Below, one piece after another: positions 57,894 through 64,000 of a stretch of 64,000 nt of DNA. The notes under the pieces are model-generated. The model did not search any database and was not told the origin of the DNA. It saw nothing but the letters and a program-made list of their open reading frames with translations. How positions within the stretch are numbered: position 1 is the first letter of the stretch; each line of letters begins with the position of its first letter. Location of the stretch: the sequence record PQ818763; one strand, written 5' to 3'. Both the position numbers and the translations under genes were made by a program. This DNA is from Shigella phage ShigP1.

Positions 57894-59924
57894 TTAACCT
57901 CTATTCAATGAACATTTAGGAGAATTACAATAAACTTGATTCATAGAACCAAGCGTACAACTTTCAGCATCGCGCCACGGAATCTGCTTAAAACACTCTG
58001 AGCAGTATCCGAGGGTTGACCACATTGCTTTGGTGAAGTCAGTGCTTCGGTTTCCGTCGAAGCTGACGACAGTTTTGCGGAGAGCTGTTCGTGATTCAGG
58101 AAACACACCTGCTTTCTCAGCAGGTTCCTCCTTTTTTGGCTTAGTTGAGATTGCAAAAATACTGTTGCTACGTTTCTCAACATAAGCATCAACAACATCC
58201 TCCAGAGTGATGCCTGTCTGTTTCGCTGAGGAAGGTAATACAGTCATACGACCGATCATATCTTCAGTTACACGTAAAGCGAATTCAGGACGACGGGCGT
58301 TTGTTGTATCTGTTGCTTTAATCCAGACATAACCATCTTTGATCGTAGCATTAGACACTTTCTTCTTTACTTCTACAGCGCAGACTTTACAGATATCTTC
58401 ACCACGAAGACGACTAAGTTCATCATCGAACTCATTCTCTGTTTTAACTTCACCGCAGATTTCACAAACACCAATAGGAGTTTCCTCCTCTTCTTCCTCT
58501 TTAGGTTTAGTCAAACCTTCCAGACATTCAGGATGCCAATAGCACTGATATGCGAAGACTGCTTTAGGTGCATCCTTCCAATCAATGTGCTTATCACAAC
58601 CACCACAATCACCATGAGAGTGCGCTTCCCAGAATTTACGAGTGATAGTAACACCATTCTTGTTGACGAAACTATCATTCATATCAAAAGGGATATCATC
58701 ATCGAAGTCAGCAGTAGTTGACTCAGGCTCCTTTTTCTCCAGAGATGGGTCAACAAAACGACCTGCTGTGATCACTAAACGGACCATAGCATTGACTTCG
58801 GAGATGCAGGATACTGTCCCACGGTAAACAATTTTAGGGTCTTTCAGGGCATCCTGATAAGCCTTAATGTCTACGTTATGAACATCACCTTCGATATACT
58901 CTTGAGATTTCTCATCGTAGATATAACCAATCATCTTACCACGAGAAGGAACAGCACCGGCAGTTGCATAAGGAACAAACTCATGCGGAGTGATTTCCAC
59001 AGTCATATCGCGGCGAATATCAATGTTTCGATCGCTTGCGATTTTGTTTTGACTTACCACTGCGTTTCTTCGACGAACGTCTGCCGCTGTCACACCCGGC
59101 TTCGTGTCGTAAGGATTGCTTGTACTGCTTTTTGAGGAACTTTGATAGTTGCTTTGGCTGTAATTGTTCGAGTAGTAATTGCCCCAACGATTGACTACCG
59201 TAAAAACCGGAAGCTCGTGGGCGACCTCTTCAACCAGTGTCATGCTGTTATTAGACATGTCAAAGATATACTCTGTACCAACTTTACACTCAAAATGCTC
59301 ATCAATACGGTTCTTGTGAGACTTCGAACGCTTCAGAATCCACATCAGCATATCTTCTTCAGAAGCGCCAAACCAATCTCTGTTACAACGTGCGAGATGG
59401 AAAGGACGCTCTTCGTTACGAATGATATGAAGGCGGTTATCAGAAGCATCATGCCAGATTAAGGTGAAAGCACCATCCAGCTTTTGAATAGTCTCTGCTG
59501 CACCAATAGTGTTAATAGAGTGGCAGATGTTCTCACTATCTACCTCGAAGTTTTTACTGTCAGGTAACAGGTCTTGGTCCATCAAGGTTCCATTATGAAC
59601 CAGAGTGATGTTACCATGTTGGAAAGGATGGGCGTTCTTGGCGTTAACTGCACCTTTCGTTGCATGACGACTGTGACCAACAATCCATGAAGGTGCTACA
59701 GTGTAAGCTGTTTCACCAGTGGTGTGCTTCTTGTACTCATCTTGTAGGATGAATGCGAAAGAAGGAAGAGCTTCTTTATAAGTGAAGACTTCCTTAGTAC
59801 TTTTACGCTGACCAAAGATACCGGAGGAATGTTGTCCTCGGAATACTCCAGCATAAAAGAGTTGGTTAAATACGTCTAAATCAGTGCTTGACAGATTACC
59901 GCCAGCTAATACGATGCCACAAAT
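57894..59924 (-). CDS. Class-II (Ntn) glutamine amidotransferase domain fused to a Cys-rich C-terminal domain; probable non-AUG (ATT) start
   Basis: Manual upstream translation gives (K)I-CGIVLAGG...FRGQHSSGIF...VGHSRHATKGAVNAKNAHPF...LVHNGTL...SDSEN, the class-II GATase signature with catalytic Cys 2 codons after a stop; AGGTGG lies 8 nt before the ATT. Confidence 0.65.
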   Translation of the reverse strand: MCGIVLAGGNLSSTDLDVFNQLFYAGVFRGQHSSGIFGQRKSTKEVFTYKEALPSFAFILQDEYKKHTTGETAYTVAPSWIVGHSRHATKGAVNAKNAHPFQHGNITLVHNGTLMDQDLLPDSKNFEVDSENICHSINTIGAAETIQKLDGAFTLIWHDASDNRLHIIRNEERPFHLARCNRDWFGASEEDMLMWILKRSKSHKNRIDEHFECKVGTEYIFDMSNNSMTLVEEVAHELPVFTVVNRWGNYYSNNYSQSNYQSSSKSSTSNPYDTKPGVTAADVRRRNAVVSQNKIASDRNIDIRRDMTVEITPHEFVPYATAGAVPSRGKMIGYIYDEKSQEYIEGDVHNVDIKAYQDALKDPKIVYRGTVSCISEVNAMVRLVITAGRFVDPSLEKKEPESTTADFDDDIPFDMNDSFVNKNGVTITRKFWEAHSHGDCGGCDKHIDWKDAPKAVFAYQCYWHPECLEGLTKPKEEEEEETPIGVCEICGEVKTENEFDDELSRLRGEDICKVCAVEVKKKVSNATIKDGYVWIKATDTTNARRPEFALRVTEDMIGRMTVLPSSAKQTGITLEDVVDAYVEKRSNSIFAISTKPKKEEPAEKAGVFPESRTALRKTVVSFDGNRSTDFTKAMWSTLGYCSECFKQIPWRDAESCTLGSMNQVYCNSPKCSLNRG

Positions 59925-60003
59925 TTTCTAATCCACCTGAAGGGTAAACCCTTTCATCTAATTAACCTTTAAATTGTGCCCCTTTATCAGAGGCACCCAT
60001 TGA

Positions 60004-61107
60004 TTACAGCGCTTGCTCTAACTGATTTTCCAGATGGTCTGGAATGTACCCTGTGATATTGCTATCACTGTGACCTGACTCACGTAGTAAGTCAAAAATA
60101 GCACGGATACGCTGTTCTGGAGCGTGTCTTACTTGAGATAGGTCTGCTGTACGAAGCATAACCAAAATCTCTTGGTACAAGTTGTTAGCGTTCCCTCGGA
60201 CATACCCAAGGAAGCCATAGAAGTCTGACATAAGACGTAAGTCAACAAGAGCCTCTCCGTTGGAGTTGGTTCGACGTAAACGAATACGACCAGACTGTTC
60301 TACTTCATGAGAACGGCAATACAAAACATCACGGGCCATACAATATCCTGAATGCAAATCAGATTCATCCAGATTGTAATCCAGAGGAAGGTAAGGAAGC
60401 ATTGGGGCAAATCGTACAGTATTTAAGTGCTCAATAAACTGATCATTGCTCATATCTGCGTTATCTAAAGCCAGCTTCTTCAACATCAAGAAGCGGTTAA
60501 CCAGATTGAGAAGTTGACCACGTTTCCACTTAGGCTCACTGATACGGAACTCAATTGAACCGTATTGGGCAAGTGGCAGAAGGTTCAGAGATGTATATTT
60601 ATCCCATGAACGAACCAGACGGTTGAAGAATTCTTCACCATCGTAGTTAAATGCGTCAGAGGCATTCATTACCTGTGCTTGTACCACTGCAAACGCAGGG
60701 CAGAAATTGCTACGGTAACGATGGTAGCCTGAACACTTGAACAGCATCTTTTCATAGAAGGTCCAAGCAAGGATGGTCTTCTTGAGGATATTACTATCAG
60801 CATCCCTCATATCCATATGAACGTGAGTAGAGCAACGCCAAGTCCCCTCGGCGTGCGATTCAGCTACTGCTTCACTCAGGTTGTTGATAGCGTCTAACAA
60901 CTCCTGTCCGTTGTAAGGTCGTGAACATACCATTTCACAACCGTTACGCAGGGAACCATCCTCTGTGCAATCCCACATATCTGCTTCGATATGTTCAGAA
61001 CCTTCGAGTTCAAGTTCAATACCGACACCGCACTGAAGTGCAATTGAACTATGCGCCTCAGTTAAACGACCTTCTCGATATCCAAAAGTTTGCGCTACAG
61101 TTGTCAT
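60004..61107 (-). CDS. Amidoligase-like protein, paralogue A (glutamine-synthetase/GCS2-like motif set)
   Basis: GIELELEG, STHVHMD and YGSIEFRIS occur in the same order as the equivalent motifs in 61731-62537; family assignment is from memory. Confidence 0.45.
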   Translation of the reverse strand: MTTVAQTFGYREGRLTEAHSSIALQCGVGIELELEGSEHIEADMWDCTEDGSLRNGCEMVCSRPYNGQELLDAINNLSEAVAESHAEGTWRCSTHVHMDMRDADSNILKKTILAWTFYEKMLFKCSGYHRYRSNFCPAFAVVQAQVMNASDAFNYDGEEFFNRLVRSWDKYTSLNLLPLAQYGSIEFRISEPKWKRGQLLNLVNRFLMLKKLALDNADMSNDQFIEHLNTVRFAPMLPYLPLDYNLDESDLHSGYCMARDVLYCRSHEVEQSGRIRLRRTNSNGEALVDLRLMSDFYGFLGYVRGNANNLYQEILVMLRTADLSQVRHAPEQRIRAIFDLLRESGHSDSNITGYIPDHLENQLEQAL

Positions 61108-61721
61108 AACGAATCCACCAACGTAATATTATAATTGCTAAGGTTTTCAGAGATGTGATGAAAATGCTCCAGAAGTCGCATCGGTTGTTGACCATAAGAG
61201 TCACGAGGTGCTTCCAGATCTACCTGACCTACCAGTGCACCTTTATAATGCACTTTACCATCTGTAGGATTGATGTAAATATAACGAGTAACCAATCCAT
61301 CAAATTCAGGATTGAACAGACTGTAAACCATTTCACCAGAGATCGAACGACCAATTCCCGGAGCGTTTCGAATCTTGTTACCCATCAAACCCTTCGCTCT
61401 CTGACGAACAGGGTTGATATGAGTCCAGCTTACAGTGTTACCGTTATGGAACAGATAACCAACATCAGGTGATTCAAGAATCAAGGTTGGGTCGAACACT
61501 GGAATATTCATCGTAGTGTTTCGGAGATTTCCATGCTCGTTCTTGTACCACTGCTCTACAACAAAATACAGAGCCTGTTCTGCTTCATGCGAGAAGTCAT
61601 CGCTGCGGAAGTTACCGCTCTGCTCAACACCAATCACAAAACACGGAAGGTTGATATTGCCTGCTCGTTTAGCAATCCATGTACCATTATAGTAATGAGA
61701 AAAATCAGCTACTAAGCTCAC
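61104..61721 (-). CDS. Hypothetical protein within the ligase cluster
   Basis: 205 aa; ATGA overlap with the downstream gene. Confidence 0.4.
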   Translation of the reverse strand: MSLVADFSHYYNGTWIAKRAGNINLPCFVIGVEQSGNFRSDDFSHEAEQALYFVVEQWYKNEHGNLRNTTMNIPVFDPTLILESPDVGYLFHNGNTVSWTHINPVRQRAKGLMGNKIRNAPGIGRSISGEMVYSLFNPEFDGLVTRYIYINPTDGKVHYKGALVGQVDLEAPRDSYGQQPMRLLEHFHHISENLSNYNITLVDSL

Positions 61722-61730
61722 GATAACCTC

Positions 61731-62537
61731 TTATGCTACCTGAAGGAGTTTGATCTGCTGGTCAGCTTCTTTAACGTTGTTCCCGTTAATGATTTCATGA
61801 AGCTTCTCAATCGGAAGGCGAGAGTGCAATGCCATCAGGGTGGACATATCACACTGCTGAACAACCTTGTCAACCTGATCGTAAACAAACTTACGGTTTT
61901 CACGATCACTAATCCAGAAGTTAGACAGAGAACGGTATTCAATACCATAGTCTTTATAACGGATTGCAGATGCTTTACCGTAGAGTTCTTTACGGCGAGT
62001 ATCTTTGTCCATAATTACTGCTGGGAGAGACAGGAAGTAGTCACACAACACACCCAGCATCATCTGAGTTTGCAGAGTGATATCCAAAGCACCAACTACG
62101 CCAAGATGTACGTGACCACCGGCAGTACGAAGTCCCTTATTCTGAGAAGTCGGGGATGGGTTTTTCTGACCAGTGAAGGCGTTGAAATCAGGAGTGCACC
62201 CGAAGATGAACGCTGATTCGTTAAAGGTCTTCATCTCTTCTTCAGTGAAGATGTGAGAGCTAACACCCGGAGCTGTTTCCATGTCCAGTTTGTTCAGGAC
62301 ATTATTGGTGAGATCAATACCACGTTGCATGTTATCGTTAAACGCTTCAAAACCGCTCTGTGGGTCAATATCAAACTCAGCCAGTACGTTGTCCTCTTGG
62401 AGACGAACATCCTTAGCCAGAGCGATCTTATCGTCCTTAGAGCAGCCTAATAAACCGGCTACAGAAGTGATGATACCATTACTAGTACGAACGAACATTT
62501 CAGGGTCAGAGCCGATGAGGAATTTGCGCTTAGTCAT
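61731..62537 (-). CDS. Amidoligase-like protein, paralogue B
   Basis: IGSDPEMF, GGHVHLG and YGIEYRSLS motifs. Confidence 0.45.
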   Translation of the reverse strand: MTKRKFLIGSDPEMFVRTSNGIITSVAGLLGCSKDDKIALAKDVRLQEDNVLAEFDIDPQSGFEAFNDNMQRGIDLTNNVLNKLDMETAPGVSSHIFTEEEMKTFNESAFIFGCTPDFNAFTGQKNPSPTSQNKGLRTAGGHVHLGVVGALDITLQTQMMLGVLCDYFLSLPAVIMDKDTRRKELYGKASAIRYKDYGIEYRSLSNFWISDRENRKFVYDQVDKVVQQCDMSTLMALHSRLPIEKLHEIINGNNVKEADQQIKLLQVA

Positions 62538-63501
62538 TGTAATACTCCACTAGTTCAGAAAAGAGAGATGAGATTGTGTTACCAACTTCTTCAAGAGTAA
62601 GACCGGAATCTGCTCCAGTTCTTTGAATCAGTCGGGATGTAAAGTTTTGTACCGTAATGTTTCCCAACTTGTCGTCTATTGCTTCACGTTTGTGACCATA
62701 ACAGTTGGACCAGAGTCTTAACCACTCTGACATTGTTTCATACTCGTCTGGGTCTTGATCTTTAGCACGAGCAAATCTTCGTAAGGCATCTTGGTTGTGG
62801 TTACGAACATAACCATTCTCATTGTCGCCAACACCGAAGGGGTTTTGAACCCATACTTGCTTCGTATATTCATCAGAGTCTACAACCAAAGGAAGGAAAG
62901 CTGCTGCTGACATATTGTTGTTAATAACAATAGAGGTGCTCTCGCTACTCCCATTGGCTCTTCCTCGTTGAGACCACCCACCGAAGAAGTCACGACCCAA
63001 CCCAGCTAACACTAGAGCGATGCCGATGCGTTTACGCTTCAGCCACTCTTCCCTGTCTTCAATTCCTTCTGCTAGGAAATCCATTCCACGATATTGCCCT
63101 TCCAGAATACTACGGAAGAGCATAAGTCCTGTGAAGATCTGATCTGCTGGATGCTCACGAAGATTGACAGCAACACTGTTCGCTGAAGTGATAGTAAATA
63201 CATCACGATAGCAAGACATAGAATTCATAATGTCTGCTGTTTCAATCAAGTTCTTTTCAATATCAGATGGAACATGACCATGAAAAGAGTGGGTCCAGTA
63301 ATTCAACATCTCCAATTGCAAGTTAATGTCACGGTTGAAGCGTTTATGGCGCCCATCTTCCATTACACATTCGTCATTAACATCATATACGACTTGACCT
63401 TGCATGTAGTTGTGGATACCGAAGCACCCACGACCTAAGAACTTCTGTTCCCCTAAATCCTGTTGAAGATTAAGAGGTACGATCGTTGTGGAGATTGACA
63501 T
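62530..63501 (-). CDS. Hypothetical protein within the ligase cluster
   Basis: 323 aa; 8-nt overlap with the downstream gene. Confidence 0.4.
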   Translation of the reverse strand: MSISTTIVPLNLQQDLGEQKFLGRGCFGIHNYMQGQVVYDVNDECVMEDGRHKRFNRDINLQLEMLNYWTHSFHGHVPSDIEKNLIETADIMNSMSCYRDVFTITSANSVAVNLREHPADQIFTGLMLFRSILEGQYRGMDFLAEGIEDREEWLKRKRIGIALVLAGLGRDFFGGWSQRGRANGSSESTSIVINNNMSAAAFLPLVVDSDEYTKQVWVQNPFGVGDNENGYVRNHNQDALRRFARAKDQDPDEYETMSEWLRLWSNCYGHKREAIDDKLGNITVQNFTSRLIQRTGADSGLTLEEVGNTISSLFSELVEYYND

Positions 63502-63511
63502 AACTAACCTT

Positions 63512-64000
63512 TTATTTTCCTAAAAATAATCCGCTCATAATACCATCCCACTCAGAGGACGGAATCACTGAATACTCCGAACTTTGGTCCAGAGTTCCAC
63601 TACTAAATCGCTGAATGATGTTGTAGATGTTGAACAGGTCTTTAGCCTCGGCACGAATGCCGTAGATTAACCTGTTAGCTGTTTTCTCATTTTTAGACAC
63701 GCGACGGGTAAAGTTAACCAAAAGATTATCACCTTTAAGTGTCTCTGACCCGTCTTTTACTAGATCGGGGTGCATCACTGGCAAGAACATTGAGTTGTTA
63801 ACTCGTAATTCTGCTGTTTCATCATTCTCGTAATGAATCCACTTAAAGTCTTCATCACGGAAATGACCGCATCCATCTCTATATGACTGTTGACGCCAAG
63901 GCACTTGAAATGCTTCAGCGTATTTATCAGCCATGCCGACTGTAAATAGCGACGCTGGGAAGATACAAGCATCCCAATCGTTACCAACCAGAGTTGCTTT
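63512..64000 (-). CDS. Hypothetical protein, probably truncated at the window edge
   Basis: The frame stays open upstream of the track Met to position 64000 with no SD before that Met. Confidence 0.35.
   Translation of the reverse strand, partial: KATLVGNDWDACIFPASLFTVGMADKYAEAFQVPWRQQSYRDGCGHFRDEDFKWIHYENDETAELRVNNSMFLPVMHPDLVKDGSETLKGDNLLVNFTRRVSKNEKTANRLIYGIRAEAKDLFNIYNIIQRFSSGTLDQSSEYSVIPSSEWDGIMSGLFLGK

Noticed and set aside
57894-59585. ORF-track start (TTG at 59585) for the amidotransferase gene
   Set aside because: The frame continues open upstream for 113 codons that encode the conserved class-II amidotransferase N-terminal domain including the catalytic Cys; starting at 59585 would remove the active site.

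Overview
This window reads as a near-complete section of a virulent tailed phage (podovirus-like), annotated by eye from the six-frame track and motifs I recognise; no searches were run. Coordinates follow the ORF-track convention (stop codon included), with starts moved to an internal Met where overlap with the upstream gene and a Shine-Dalgarno site indicate it. Layout: a repeat-rich non-coding region (1-1577); a small antisense island of membrane/unknown genes (1578-3453); a second repeat-rich non-coding region (3454-4635); a plus-strand late module (4636-34229: small and large terminase, portal, scaffold, major capsid with a probable -1 frameshift Ig-like extension, tail fibres/spikes, GH24 lysozyme, lytic transglycosylase, large internal proteins); and a convergent minus-strand early/middle module (34274-64000: HNH nucleases, FEN exonuclease, sigma-like factor, macro domain, overlapped spanins, SSB-like protein, split family-A DNA polymerase, PhoH, ThyX-like enzyme, thioredoxin, Dps-like protein, dCTP-deaminase-like enzyme, Pol-beta nucleotidyltransferase, primase-helicase). 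The most unusual content is a co-oriented cluster at 55331-64000 encoding a GGCT-like cyclotransferase, an ATP-grasp ligase, a class-II glutamine amidotransferase fused to a Cys-rich domain, and two paralogous amidoligase-like proteins. I interpret it as a candidate amide-ligation/modification system of unknown target (nucleotide, DNA base or protein). Other points of interest are a non-canonical start for the amidotransferase, a ThyX homologue with an altered RHR motif, a GGGAAAG frameshift site at the capsid 3' end, a possible anti-defence trio (DUF2829/Tad2-like, SLOG-like, macro), and two families of short repeats in the non-coding regions. No integrase, repressor, CRISPR array or tRNA was recognised.
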